Counted from the stretch's first letter, positions 54,547 through 64,000 are shown. The stretch: 64,000 bases of DNA from a virus (IMGVR_UViG_3300045283_000318:1399-65398), one strand, 5' to 3'. Notes: generated by a model not told the origin, from the letters alone. Numbers and translations: made by a program.

Positions 54547-54811
54547 CGGTCGTCTCCTGTTTGCGGTCTGCGGTCTTTAATGCTGAATTCGTCTTGTCCT
54601 TCCTTCGAAGGAACTCATCGTCAATTTGCATCCGAAGCCACTTCGCGGCATCGTAGATCATGCACCAGACGCTAGTATCGACAGCGTCGACAGCCTCACT
54701 GAGCGTCTGAAGGTCTTCGTCCGACATGTCGAAGATCTTCTCGTTCATGCGTCTGAAGACTTCGCCATAGGGCTCTAGCAAGGCACGATGAGCGCGGGAT
54801 AATTTAGCCAT
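54533..54811 (-). CDS. Hypothetical protein
   Basis: AAGGA RBS. Confidence 0.55.
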   Translation of the reverse strand: MAKLSRAHRALLEPYGEVFRRMNEKIFDMSDEDLQTLSEAVDAVDTSVWCMIYDAAKWLRMQIDDEFLRRKDKTNSALKTADRKQETTDGQT

Positions 54812-55283
54812 CTGACTTTCCTTGAGCAGAAGATAGCGGAAACGGATTGATTGCGAGATCGGCGCCGCTGACCAAATCTTTCCAGTGCTCGGCTTCCTCC
54901 ATCGCACTCGCAAGCTGGTCTTTCGTTGCGCGGTTATCCTCAGCAAGCGCGTGATGCCATTCAACGATGCGCATGACGCGATCTAGGACTGTCTCGCCTG
55001 GAACATCCTCAAGGAGGACCATAGCGCTCGCAAACTCGCCGACTGCAGCCTCGTACTTCGTGAAAAGCTCCTGCGAGGTCGCAAGCTGGTCCGTCATTTC
55101 TGCGATATGTTCACCGGCAATCGCAAGCTGGGCGCGCAGGCTGGCAATCTCTTCGGCAGCTTGCCAGTCAAAGAAGCTTCCGATAGGTGCAACATTGGCT
55201 TCGCCAATCATATTGATATCACGAAGCCTTCGCTCAACAGCTCGTGCTCGCAGCCGAGCGACGATGTAGCCTTGTTCACTCAT
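54804..55283 (-). CDS. Coiled-coil hypothetical protein
   Basis: IVARLR...AAEEIASLR motif. Confidence 0.65.
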   Translation of the reverse strand: MSEQGYIVARLRARAVERRLRDINMIGEANVAPIGSFFDWQAAEEIASLRAQLAIAGEHIAEMTDQLATSQELFTKYEAAVGEFASAMVLLEDVPGETVLDRVMRIVEWHHALAEDNRATKDQLASAMEEAEHWKDLVSGADLAINPFPLSSAQGKSDG

Positions 55284-55543
55284 TAACGCCTACCAAATCC
55301 CTGCTGCCGCTGCGCCTGCTCGAGCGTAGCCAGCGCCATGGTCGACAATGTCTGCACTGCGGCCCAGAAAATCGAAGCCTGGTCCTGGTTCAGCATCAGC
55401 GACGAGAACGGGTCGCCGTCGGGAGGCACCATCAGGAAGGCGCCGCCGAACAGGGCATCCTTGTTCAGCCGGATCTGGGCGGCCATCTGGTCGAACAGGG
55501 CGGCGCGGGCCTCGACGGGATCTGGTTGCTGGTCTTCGGTCAT
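55283..55543 (-). CDS. Hypothetical protein
   Basis: Coupled ORF; FGGAFLMVPP. Confidence 0.7.
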   Translation of the reverse strand: MTEDQQPDPVEARAALFDQMAAQIRLNKDALFGGAFLMVPPDGDPFSSLMLNQDQASIFWAAVQTLSTMALATLEQAQRQQGFGRR

Positions 55544-55761
55544 TCGAACGCATCCCGAAAATCCTCACCGACAGTGCTGGTGCCGGTCTCGTAAACTATC
55601 TTGTGAAATTCCACCTCTAATTCCTTGTATGCGGCATCGTATCGGCGCTTCAACAACCTGGCCATAGCTGGCGAATCCTTGCGCACGGCGCGGTAGACAT
55701 CCGCCATGTCCTTGCGCGCAGCGGCAACCCACGGATCGCGCTTGCTCACACATACCTCCAC
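55540..55761 (-). CDS. Hypothetical protein
   Basis: Coupled ORF. Confidence 0.5.
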   Translation of the reverse strand: MEVCVSKRDPWVAAARKDMADVYRAVRKDSPAMARLLKRRYDAAYKELEVEFHKIVYETGTSTVGEDFRDAFE

Positions 55762-55964
55762 GCCGACGCGAACGGCTTGATCTCCGACAGGAACATTGAG
55801 CCGACCGACGGCGCCCGCCGCAACTGGTCCGCGGTGCCCTCGTCAAAGCCCTTGTAGGCCGCCGTCTTGCCGGACTTGGCGAACGTGACGGTCAGTTCCT
55901 CCGTCGTTTCGTCCCAGCCGACTTCGGAGATGAGGGACGAGAGGACGGGTTTATTCCAAGGCAT
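55746..55964 (-). CDS. KTSC-domain protein
   Basis: V.SS.I.EVGWD..L.VTF..Y...APSVG..F...IK. Confidence 0.85.
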   Translation of the reverse strand: MPWNKPVLSSLISEVGWDETTEELTVTFAKSGKTAAYKGFDEGTADQLRRAPSVGSMFLSEIKPFASAWRYV

Positions 55965-55974
55965 CACCTGCCTC

Positions 55975-56160
55975 CTATTTATATTGCGGGAAATACGGAG
56001 CCAGCACGTCTTCCATTGCATCGTGGATACGCTTGCGTAGCTGCTCCATCTCCCACGAGTTGAGCCGTGCCTTGACGGTAGGCGGCAGAAATACCTTGCA
56101 CGAAACCACGCCGCGCCCGATGTCGATCTCGTAAACCGCGCCGTCGGTTCTGCAATTCAT
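55975..56160 (-). CDS. Hypothetical protein
   Basis: Coupled ORF. Confidence 0.5.
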   Translation of the reverse strand: MNCRTDGAVYEIDIGRGVVSCKVFLPPTVKARLNSWEMEQLRKRIHDAMEDVLAPYFPQYK

Positions 56161-57554
56161 CCAACCTTCTCCATCAAAGCTTCGACGATCCGCTCGAACA
56201 CCGGCTCCCAGCGCATATCGTCGGATTGCTGGAAGAACTTCGCTTTCGGAGTCCAGATACGTTGCGCGTCAGTGCCGTTACAACCTCCGCGGTAGTCCCT
56301 CCCGCACCACGAGTATGGGACCCAGTGCTCGTGACCGCCCATCGCGCAGATGTGCCCAAGCGCCGACTCGACCGTAATCACGAGGTCAAGATGCGGCAAC
56401 ACCGAATAGGTGTCGGCGATGCAACGAAGGTAACCACTGAGATCTTTGACCAGCGGGGCGAAGCCCCACAAGTTCAAGTCGGACTTTTTGGCATCACACT
56501 GCAGGGCGTAGAGTTGAACACCGGGCACCCGGTACAATTCCATGAAGTGATGAATCGGAATATTTCGGTGCTTATCGATGTCGTTCAACGGGCTACCAGC
56601 CCAGGCAATGCCAATGTGGAATTTGCGATCAGGAACCTTCCACGAGGTCGGCATCGGGTCTCGCGGCACATCGATGTTCGGCGCGTTCTTGATCTCGTCG
56701 TCGGTCAGTCCCAGTGCATAGGGCAAAGAGACAAAGGTCGACCACGCGTCCGCATCTCCCGGAAAGTTCGAAGGCGAGGGGAGGAAGTTGATATTGGGGA
56801 GGTGCCGGAAAGCATGTTCAAAGGTGCGACGCAATTCGGCTTGAGTACACATATGAATATAACGACAGCGTTTAGCAGCAGCCTCAACAAAACGTGCGTA
56901 TGACAGCGTGTCACCGAGGCCCTGATCCGCGACAAGAAACAGTGTCTTGCCTTTTTCACCTTCCCATTTTTTATAGGGGTAAAGCAAAAAATTCGGCAGC
57001 CGTGCCGCAAACCTTGATTCAAAGCGCTTCAGTCCCGCAGCGAACTGACCGTCAAACAACAAGGCGAACGCCAGTTGAAACTCAGCAATCGGGTAGCCCT
57101 GGCCGTCATTTGGATCGGCGAGTTCAAAGCACTTCAGCGCGTAACCAACAGCTTTTTTGGTATCACCGAGTATCTGCCAAATCATGCTACAATGCATATT
57201 TGGTAGTGACGACTTCGGCTCCAAAGTCATTGCCTCATGCAACAAAGGCAACGCCTCTTTGTGATTCCCGATTTTCATCAATTCCCATGCTAAATTCGTA
57301 AGCGTTCTATGACGCTCGCCAGAAGTCTGCTCACACTCAAGCGCACGACGAAACAGTGCGACAGACGCATGCGGACGAATCAAATCCGAAGCAGTGCACC
57401 CGTTAACGTAAAAAGCCTGCCCATAAGTCGGGTCGGCGTAGCATGCACTTGCGAATTGCTGATAAGCGTGGTCCTGATTCGTCGCATGCGATTTATCGCG
57501 AGCGGCCTGCTCGCCTTGCGCCATGAGTTTGATTGCGCCTTCGCGATTACCCAC
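56157..57554 (-). CDS. TPR-repeat plus GT-B (GT9-like) glycosyltransferase
   Basis: TPR helices; DQGLGD...ARF; IGIAWAGS; LDLVITVESALGH. Confidence 0.85.
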   Translation of the reverse strand: MGNREGAIKLMAQGEQAARDKSHATNQDHAYQQFASACYADPTYGQAFYVNGCTASDLIRPHASVALFRRALECEQTSGERHRTLTNLAWELMKIGNHKEALPLLHEAMTLEPKSSLPNMHCSMIWQILGDTKKAVGYALKCFELADPNDGQGYPIAEFQLAFALLFDGQFAAGLKRFESRFAARLPNFLLYPYKKWEGEKGKTLFLVADQGLGDTLSYARFVEAAAKRCRYIHMCTQAELRRTFEHAFRHLPNINFLPSPSNFPGDADAWSTFVSLPYALGLTDDEIKNAPNIDVPRDPMPTSWKVPDRKFHIGIAWAGSPLNDIDKHRNIPIHHFMELYRVPGVQLYALQCDAKKSDLNLWGFAPLVKDLSGYLRCIADTYSVLPHLDLVITVESALGHICAMGGHEHWVPYSWCGRDYRGGCNGTDAQRIWTPKAKFFQQSDDMRWEPVFERIVEALMEKVG

Positions 57555-58041
57555 GTAACTTCCTCTTGTAGTTTCTGCGGGAGTTCGCTTGCGAACACGC
57601 CCTACACAGTCGAATCTTCCCGCGGAAAACTATGTTGCCTTCTTGCATAAAATGCAAGCCCGCCCTGCAGTGTGTTCGCGTAGCAGCCAGCAACCGGTTA
57701 TTTTCTGCGGCATTGCCGCGCCTGCAATTCTCGCGTTGAGTAACTGGCTCGAGGTGATGCGGATTCACGCAACATCGCATTCGACACTTGTGGTCCAAGA
57801 CCATTCCCTCTGGAATCGGCCCTATGAAGTGCTTGTAAGCTTCACGATGCACCGACACCATATTCAGTTTTTTCTTACCATCCACCATTCTCGTCATGCC
57901 CATTTTGGCATACCCGAGCTTAGTTATATTTCCCATCCATATGTAACAGCCGGTGTTCGGTTCTGGAAAAGCAAAATGGTTATATCGGTCTTCGAAAGAA
58001 GAACTAATTCCTCCTTCTTTAAATTTTCTACGCAACAACAT
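57547..58041 (-). CDS. HNH homing endonuclease
   Basis: NTGCYIW..VHREAY..LDHKCRMRCCVNPHHLEPVT..EN. Confidence 0.9.
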   Translation of the reverse strand: MLLRRKFKEGGISSSFEDRYNHFAFPEPNTGCYIWMGNITKLGYAKMGMTRMVDGKKKLNMVSVHREAYKHFIGPIPEGMVLDHKCRMRCCVNPHHLEPVTQRENCRRGNAAENNRLLAATRTHCRAGLHFMQEGNIVFRGKIRLCRACSQANSRRNYKRKLRG

Positions 58042-58234
58042 TTGCCTTCCTGAACTCCTGCGCCAAACAAATGCCGTGGCCTCGCCCGACAAGCCTGCCC
58101 GTCTTGGGATCGGTGCCACCGAATGCCCAGTCGTGAACCCATTCCGAAGTGTCTTTACGAAATCGAATCGGATCGCCGGTCGCACACCGCGGGCACAACT
58201 CCTTGCACTTGGCTTCGAACTCTTCCGGAGACAT
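58028..58234 (-). CDS. Small Zn-binding protein
   Basis: CPRC...EWVH...C. Confidence 0.6.
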   Translation of the reverse strand: MSPEEFEAKCKELCPRCATGDPIRFRKDTSEWVHDWAFGGTDPKTGRLVGRGHGICLAQEFRKANVVA

Positions 58235-58244
58235 GCGCGTCACT

Positions 58245-58661
58245 TCAGGTTGCGGGTTCAGTGGACGCGAGTCCTGAACCGGCTGGAAGAGGGGTCGAGG
58301 AGCCGTCGGAGGCTGACAAAGGGGCGTTCGACATGATTCGAAGCTCCTTCTCCAAATGGATAAGTCCGTTCTCTGCTTCGTCGAGAACCAACTCATGGGG
58401 CAGAAAAGCCTGATCAGTCTGCTTCTCGATATCCGCCTCGCGCTGAATAAGCGTGTCCGCCCGCGCCTCGATCTTGGCCGCTTGACGCGGAGCAACCGCG
58501 GCCGCCGCAGCCAGCTTGTCCGTCAATCTCGACATCTCATCCCTTCCGATCACGATGAACTCCGGAGGAGCGTAGCCCGTGAAGTGCTGGTGCGCCAGTG
58601 AGCAGGCGTGAAGCAGGAGCATGCCCGTGATCAATCCCCAGATGACGTCGGGCCAGCTCAT
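58245..58661 (-). CDS. Hypothetical coiled-coil protein (alternative start 58535)
   Basis: ORF in string. Confidence 0.55.
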   Translation of the reverse strand: MSWPDVIWGLITGMLLLHACSLAHQHFTGYAPPEFIVIGRDEMSRLTDKLAAAAAVAPRQAAKIEARADTLIQREADIEKQTDQAFLPHELVLDEAENGLIHLEKELRIMSNAPLSASDGSSTPLPAGSGLASTEPAT

Positions 58662-58928
58662 TCACTTCTTTTTCTCGATCTGCTTGGGCTTCGCAACGCG
58701 TTGTATTTCACGCTTTTCCGTAATCAATTCTCTGGCGCGCCGTCGAATCACGTCACACCATCGGTCAATAGCAAAATAAGCCGAATCGCCCTTAACCATC
58801 TCCGAGGCAACGCCTGCCGCCGCCAGCTTCTGGGCCATCTCCTCCATGTGAGGGATGATCTCCCGCTGCATCTTGGCTTGAGTCAGGAAATTGCGCGCCA
58901 TGTCGTCGGTGAAAGGGCCGTCGGTCAT
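58662..58928 (-). CDS. Hypothetical protein
   Basis: AGGAGG RBS; overlap with recombinase stop. Confidence 0.6.
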   Translation of the reverse strand: MTDGPFTDDMARNFLTQAKMQREIIPHMEEMAQKLAAAGVASEMVKGDSAYFAIDRWCDVIRRRARELITEKREIQRVAKPKQIEKKK

Positions 58929-59623
58929 TGTGTCGCCTCCTGCGAGATCACCCGCCTGATCGCCATCGGCGTGTACGGCGTCCCCGCGCGCGACAGCATG
59001 CCCTGCGCGGCCAGCTCCTGTGAGATCGCCGGCAATGACATCCGCCCCTGATACCACTGCCGCATCAGGGTGCCGGCGACCTGCTCCTCGGGATGCAGCT
59101 CCAGCATCGACTCGTGACCGGTGCCGACCTTCCGATAGCCGAACGGGACATTGCCAACCGGTCCCCCCTTGGCCTTCTTCGCCCTCCGGCCGTCGGCGGT
59201 CCGCTCCTTGATCCGGACCCGTTCCATCTCGGCCACCGCCGCCAGGATGGTGACGATCAGCTTGGCGATCGCCGACTCCAGGACCGACTCAGTGCCCATG
59301 TCGAACAGCACCAGGTGCACGCCCTTCTCGCGGAAAACCTCGAACATGTTCAGCGCATCGGAGGCGCTGCGGAACATGCGGTCAAGCTTCGAGGCTATCA
59401 CCGTGTCGCCCGGGGCCATGGCGGCGAGGAGGTCGGCGCCGGCGGGCCGGCAGGCAAGCTTGACCGCGCCGGACACGCCGGCATCGGTGAAAATCTGGAC
59501 GCCGTACTTGTCGATGCCGCGGGTGCGGGCGAAGCCCTCAATGATGTCGGTCTGGACCTGCAAAGACGAGCGATCGTCCTTGGCCTGATCGGCGCTCGAA
59601 ACGCGGCAATACCCCAGTATCAT
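58925..59623 (-). CDS. Serine recombinase (resolvase domain plus partial recombinase domain)
   Basis: GYCRVSS..Q, D.GVSG, RP, KLDRMFRS, AEMER..I.ER, VPFGY. Confidence 0.9.
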   Translation of the reverse strand: MILGYCRVSSADQAKDDRSSLQVQTDIIEGFARTRGIDKYGVQIFTDAGVSGAVKLACRPAGADLLAAMAPGDTVIASKLDRMFRSASDALNMFEVFREKGVHLVLFDMGTESVLESAIAKLIVTILAAVAEMERVRIKERTADGRRAKKAKGGPVGNVPFGYRKVGTGHESMLELHPEEQVAGTLMRQWYQGRMSLPAISQELAAQGMLSRAGTPYTPMAIRRVISQEATQ

Positions 59624-59659
59624 AATGGTCTCCCCTTTTTGTACTACAATTGGGGTATA

Positions 59660-60661
59660 CTATGTAGCAGCCTTTGTCAACGCCTGATCCCTCACCCATG
59701 GATACGTCTTTTCCAGTCCGTCCCACAAAGAAGTCAACGGCTCCCAGTCCAGGACCTTCCGGCACAGGGTGTTGTCGCTGCCGCGGTGCCGAACACCCTC
59801 CGGACCGGCCGTCGGCTTCCACGCCAAGACCTTGCCGGCGACCGAACAGACCGTCTCGAACAGCTCGGCGATGGTCATCGTGTCGGGATGGGCGATATTG
59901 ACGGGGCCGGAATAGCCCGATCGCATCAGCCGAATGATGCCTTCGACGGCGTCATCGACATAGGTAAAAGAGCGACTGGCGTTCCCATCTCCCCATATCT
60001 CAACAACCCCGGCATAAGGTGCCTGCGCAACTCGTCGGCAGATTGCGGCTGGAGCTTTAGCCCGATCACCGTCCCATGCGCAGTACGGACCGTAAGTGTT
60101 GCCGAGCCGTCCGATCCGAACGTCAATTCCGTGATTTCGGGAAAAGGCGAGGTAGAGAGCTTCAGCATACAGCTTCTCCTTGGCAAAAGCGAAATTGTTC
60201 TCAAACACCGCGTCGGTCTCCTTCCATGGAGCCGGCGGCGGGGCGATCCGTTCGGACGCATACGGATCAATCTCGATCCGGTTGTCAGGATAGACACACT
60301 GGGAGGAGGCAAAGAAAATGCGGTTGCATGCACCGGTCTTGCGGATCGCCTCGAGGGTGTGGAGGTTAATCTTGAGCGAGTTGGTCAGAATATCAACATC
60401 GTTATCGCCAGAACCAATGTATCCCAAGCCTCCGACATTTCCAGCGCACTGATACACTTCGTCAAAATGATGTCGAAAGAAATGATGATGAAAGTCCGGC
60501 GTATTAGTAAGATCAAGTACATTGTATTCATCTGCGGCTGACTTCCGGAAGGTAGGAGGTTTGCGGGCAACGCTGACGACGTAGTGGCCCTCCTCGCGAA
60601 GGCGATGTTCGAGATGCCCGCCAATGTGGCCGGCGGCGCCGAGGACGAGACACTTCTTCAT
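59660..60661 (-). CDS. NAD-dependent sugar epimerase (GDP-mannose 3,5-epimerase-like)
   Basis: GAAGHIG, VGGLGYI, ASSQCVYP, KAPAAICRRVA, WGDG..RSFTYVDD. Confidence 0.88.
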   Translation of the reverse strand: MKKCLVLGAAGHIGGHLEHRLREEGHYVVSVARKPPTFRKSAADEYNVLDLTNTPDFHHHFFRHHFDEVYQCAGNVGGLGYIGSGDNDVDILTNSLKINLHTLEAIRKTGACNRIFFASSQCVYPDNRIEIDPYASERIAPPPAPWKETDAVFENNFAFAKEKLYAEALYLAFSRNHGIDVRIGRLGNTYGPYCAWDGDRAKAPAAICRRVAQAPYAGVVEIWGDGNASRSFTYVDDAVEGIIRLMRSGYSGPVNIAHPDTMTIAELFETVCSVAGKVLAWKPTAGPEGVRHRGSDNTLCRKVLDWEPLTSLWDGLEKTYPWVRDQALTKAAT

Positions 60662-60782
60662 CGATCGTACTCCACCCATTGGCGATTGCACTTTTCGCAC
60701 CGCATTAAACGAGAATGATAAAACGATTCTGTTGTCCAGTGTGGACGGTGTGCGAGCCAGCACCACACTGCTTTAAATAGAC

Positions 60783-62039
60783 TCATTTCGCCTCTGGAAG
60801 TTGGCGCCAATTAAACCGGAACGTCGTATCCAGCATCTGCGGGTCGGCGGTCTGCAGCCCATAAAACACGGCGCCCTCACCGAGCTCAAGCGTGATCTTG
60901 CGCGGCACCGGTCCGCCCGGCACGTTCAGCGAGATGATGTCGGTGGCCGGCGGCAGCTCGGGCGCGAAGTTGAAACCGGAACGGGTGTCACGGACAGCGA
61001 CGCGGGCGCCGGCAACACCGCCAGTGACGAGGAGCTGCGAGGAACCAGAGATGTGCAGGCCAAGAGATGCACCGCCCGGACCAGCGCGGTAGGCGAACGG
61101 GCCGAAACCCTGGCTCCATTGCAATTCCAATGTGCCTTGCCATGACGGACCCCCTGCGAGATAGCCGAGCTGATGCGGGAAGAAAAGCATGCCGGCGCCG
61201 TCGCGGTGAATGGTACCAGGTAGGTCGGTCTTGAAGCCGCCTCGACGAACCGCAGCAAGTTTGCAGCGATACATCTCGAACGCGACATCATCTCGCGCAA
61301 CATGCATCAGATCAGATCCGCTACCGGTCATCTCCAGGCCCTGCTGCTCCAAGGGCGGCACCTGACCGATCATCTGGCACTTCGCCGGGGTCAAAGCGAG
61401 AGAGGCGAAGCCGTGACTGGCAAGTTGGGCCTCCCACCCCCAATCGGTGGTGACCCACTGGTCGCGGCCGCCGAAGCAGGCGTAGGTGGCGAGGTCAATG
61501 CCGCTGAGCTGGGCGAACAAGAGTCGGTTGGTTGGCCACCAGTGGGTACGAAAGGAACGAAGAATGGTCTCGGCAGCCTCACGGGTGAAGACCACCATAC
61601 CGGCGCCGATATTGTGCATGACGGCGTATCCGTTCCGCTGAATGAGCACGCGGTCAACGTAAGATCGTGCAGACACCGCTCCAACCGCAAGGCCATAGGC
61701 TCTCCCCTTCTCGAACAGCGCCATGGTCGGCTCGAACCAGTCCTCGTCGAGAAGGACGTCGTTCTCGAGCAGCATGATGTGGGTGGCGTCTCGAACCTGC
61801 AATGCCTTGGTCAGCTTCCACGCGATCGCCGCGTCGGCGCCGCCGGTGACGCACTCGGCAATGTCGAGCGCCGACGCTTGCTCATCCCAATACTCGACCG
61901 CCTTAGCGGTCTTCGAAGCGTCGGCCCAGAGGACCTGAATGATCGGATCGTACTTCGGTAGCGAGTGAACGAGCCGCTCCCACGACTGCTCGGTGAGAGC
62001 GAGTTGGTCCTTGGTTGAGAAGCCAATGACAAGTTTCAT
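60783..62039 (-). CDS. GT-A fold glycosyltransferase with C-terminal extra domain
   Basis: THIMLLENDVLL, VGAVS, GAGMVVF. Confidence 0.75.
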   Translation of the reverse strand: MKLVIGFSTKDQLALTEQSWERLVHSLPKYDPIIQVLWADASKTAKAVEYWDEQASALDIAECVTGGADAAIAWKLTKALQVRDATHIMLLENDVLLDEDWFEPTMALFEKGRAYGLAVGAVSARSYVDRVLIQRNGYAVMHNIGAGMVVFTREAAETILRSFRTHWWPTNRLLFAQLSGIDLATYACFGGRDQWVTTDWGWEAQLASHGFASLALTPAKCQMIGQVPPLEQQGLEMTGSGSDLMHVARDDVAFEMYRCKLAAVRRGGFKTDLPGTIHRDGAGMLFFPHQLGYLAGGPSWQGTLELQWSQGFGPFAYRAGPGGASLGLHISGSSQLLVTGGVAGARVAVRDTRSGFNFAPELPPATDIISLNVPGGPVPRKITLELGEGAVFYGLQTADPQMLDTTFRFNWRQLPEAK

Positions 62040-63082
62040 AGGCCGAGTCCTTCGCAATCTTCCAGCCACGCCATTGCGGCGGCGAACCCCGCATCGGGAA
62101 TCAGGCACAGACTGGCAAGGTAAATGTAAAGCGCCCGCGTATGCTCGACGACCGAAGCGCCGGGCATCAACCTGAACGCGTCAAGTGCATTGGCAATCTC
62201 GGTCACCCGCTCCATCCCGTCAATCTCGGCGCGGAGGTCGGTAACGAGGTTGTGCGGATTCCTGGCTTGGTAACAAAACGGCGCGCCGAGATGGACGTGG
62301 TAACCGCGTTCGCGCATCACGCGCTGGACAATCAGCGATCCGAACACGTCATCGTGGCGGCCGACACCGGGCATCAAGAAAAACGCGGGCATCAGTTCGC
62401 GCAAAAGTGCCGTGTTTTGGCTATTGAATATAGTCCACGTGTTCGGATCAACAACAACACCAACTTGCCCGAGGACATGCAAGGCCCCAATATCCGGCGA
62501 TTTTTCGATGCGCGTCGAAGCATCACAATCCGGGTCGCCGAAGATCAGGCCGGAAACCACACCGACCTTGGCATCGGTGACAGGCTCGGCCCAATTTGCA
62601 TTCCGATGATTCCACGGTATACCCCGCTGACGGGTAGCAGGAATCAGCAACGAACCGGGATCGAACCAATTACTGTCCGTATTGGTAACCTTGATGCCGT
62701 CGAACGGATGAGCAAGAACTTTCTTCAGATTCGAAAAATGGAGCCAGTTGGTCGGCAAATTGTCATTGTCCCACGAGTAGATAACGTCGGCGCCCCATTT
62801 GAGGGCTTCAAGGAAAGCGATGTTGCGTCGAGCCAGCGTGTTCCAACCGATCGCTTCCGAGCACTTCCATTTTTTCTGGTGTGACGGCGCCAACCATTCC
62901 GTGTTGGTCATGGTCGTGACGCGCACAGGATCTCGCGATTCCCGACCGTCCCAAGATGCGATCGCTGCAAACGGCGACTTCTCGTCAAGCGCCACAAAGA
63001 AGCGGACATCCTCCGAGCACTTGCGCAGCAGCTTGAGGGCATGGGGAACGTGGATGGTAGTCGTGCAGAGGGCGATCTTCAT
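62036..63082 (-). CDS. RGP/STELLO-like (GT75-related) nucleotide-sugar enzyme
   Basis: TTTI, DEKSP, ARRNIAFL.A, WDNDN, GDPDCDA, FNSQNT, GRHDDVF. Confidence 0.75.
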   Translation of the reverse strand: MKIALCTTTIHVPHALKLLRKCSEDVRFFVALDEKSPFAAIASWDGRESRDPVRVTTMTNTEWLAPSHQKKWKCSEAIGWNTLARRNIAFLEALKWGADVIYSWDNDNLPTNWLHFSNLKKVLAHPFDGIKVTNTDSNWFDPGSLLIPATRQRGIPWNHRNANWAEPVTDAKVGVVSGLIFGDPDCDASTRIEKSPDIGALHVLGQVGVVVDPNTWTIFNSQNTALLRELMPAFFLMPGVGRHDDVFGSLIVQRVMRERGYHVHLGAPFCYQARNPHNLVTDLRAEIDGMERVTEIANALDAFRLMPGASVVEHTRALYIYLASLCLIPDAGFAAAMAWLEDCEGLGL

Positions 63083-63555
63083 TTTCGATACCGGCACGCC
63101 TGCAAAAATTCCCAAGCCGCCTTCGTCCACAGCGCATCGGCGAGCGCGTTGTGTTCCGAGCCGTCGTCCTGTTTCTTCAGCGGCGGGTTGCCGAGGCTGT
63201 CGCACAGCTGCTTGACATCCCGGCAATACATCGGCCAACCCTTCGGCAGATCCATCATGGTACCGAACAGCTGGCACAGCGCGACCCAGTCGTAATCGGC
63301 ATAGTAGGCCCAGAACTCCGGCTTCTCGCCGGCGAACGCCAGGACCTTCGGCGCGATCTCCTCGCGCGCGACGCCGTGCCGGACATAATCGAGCTTGTTG
63401 AGGACGTGTTGCTTAACCCAATCCGACGCCAGCGCGACCTCGCAACTGAGATTTTCCAGGTACAGCGTCTTGCCGTCCTCGCGGACCATGCCGATGCTGA
63501 TGAGGTCGATAGTCTTGCCGTCCTCAATGAACTCGGTATCGAACCAGATTCTCAT
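63079..63555 (-). CDS. DEDD 3'-5' exo(ribo)nuclease (Rv2179c-like)
   Basis: FDTEFIE, LISIG, YDWV, HNALADA. Confidence 0.88.
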   Translation of the reverse strand: MRIWFDTEFIEDGKTIDLISIGMVREDGKTLYLENLSCEVALASDWVKQHVLNKLDYVRHGVAREEIAPKVLAFAGEKPEFWAYYADYDWVALCQLFGTMMDLPKGWPMYCRDVKQLCDSLGNPPLKKQDDGSEHNALADALWTKAAWEFLQACRYRK

Positions 63556-63558
63556 GAT

Positions 63559-63933
63559 CTACCCCATGGTTCCGACAATGAAGCAACGAATGTCGATCTG
63601 CAGATTGCCCGGCCAACGCCGGTACACCGGCCACGCCATCGTCACGCCCGACAAATTCGGCTCGCGCAGCACCGCCTCATCCGGCACATCCCACCATCGC
63701 CCCTCGATGCGAACGCGGTAATGCCCGTCCTTGGCATCCCAGTCGAGATCGGACAGCGCGGTGCCGTCGGCATTCGAGCAGCACGGGCCCTTGCCGCTGG
63801 TCAGGCCATCGAACCACTTGTTGAGCTCTGGCCGCTTGACGTCATGCGGCCAGGCGCTGGACCATGCGCAGGCGGCGGTGAACAGCGCGGCTAGTGCCAA
63901 GAAGGCGAGAAAGCCCTTTTCGTCTTTGGTCAT
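63559..63933 (-). CDS. Secreted Cys-containing hypothetical protein
   Basis: Signal peptide; CCSNADG...IRCF. Confidence 0.75.
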   Translation of the reverse strand: MTKDEKGFLAFLALAALFTAACAWSSAWPHDVKRPELNKWFDGLTSGKGPCCSNADGTALSDLDWDAKDGHYRVRIEGRWWDVPDEAVLREPNLSGVTMAWPVYRRWPGNLQIDIRCFIVGTMG

Positions 63934-64000
63934 TCGTATTCCCCCTCAGTTGCTTTCATATCCAATTTCGGCCCGGCGTTCCGGTAAGTGAGCCACCCGA

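Noticed and set aside
59093-60541. 482-aa plus-strand ORF
   Set aside because: Antisense to recombinase and epimerase, which have clear motifs
1-64000. tRNA, rRNA, IS elements, host genes or prophage boundaries
   Set aside because: None recognised by eye; a tRNAscan/ISEScan run would be needed to exclude them formally

Overview
The whole window is a tailed dsDNA phage genome segment (Caudoviricetes). Its organisation is podovirus-like, it is GC-rich, and gene style suggests an alphaproteobacterial host (inference). No host chromosomal genes, tRNA, rRNA or canonical CRISPR array were seen. Layout: small leftward accessory genes including a Tad1-like anti-defence gene (1-3.8 kb); an AT-rich control region with repeated operator-like palindromes (3.9-5.7 kb); rightward early genes (5.7-9.2 kb); a primase-polymerase/VapE helicase; a rightward replication module with family A DNA polymerase, PD-(D/E)XK and VRR-NUC nucleases, SNF2 helicase and an SSB-like protein (11.9-23.7 kb); then a long leftward late arm. 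That arm carries, in transcription order, glycosyltransferases/epimerase, serine recombinase, adenine methyltransferase, terminase, portal, scaffold, major capsid protein, adaptors, tail tube, ejection proteins, tail fibre and lysis genes. The most striking element is a compact locus at 52392-53525 (minus strand): promoter, array of 5-nt NN-GGY units, HTH gene, second array, Cas7/RAMP-like gene, third array, terminator. It looks like an RNA-guided system whose guide information lies in variable dinucleotides between fixed GGY triplets. A second theme is several small proteins carrying short fragments that resemble capsid, terminase or adaptor motifs (possible immune decoys). All product calls come from motif recognition by eye; no database search was run.
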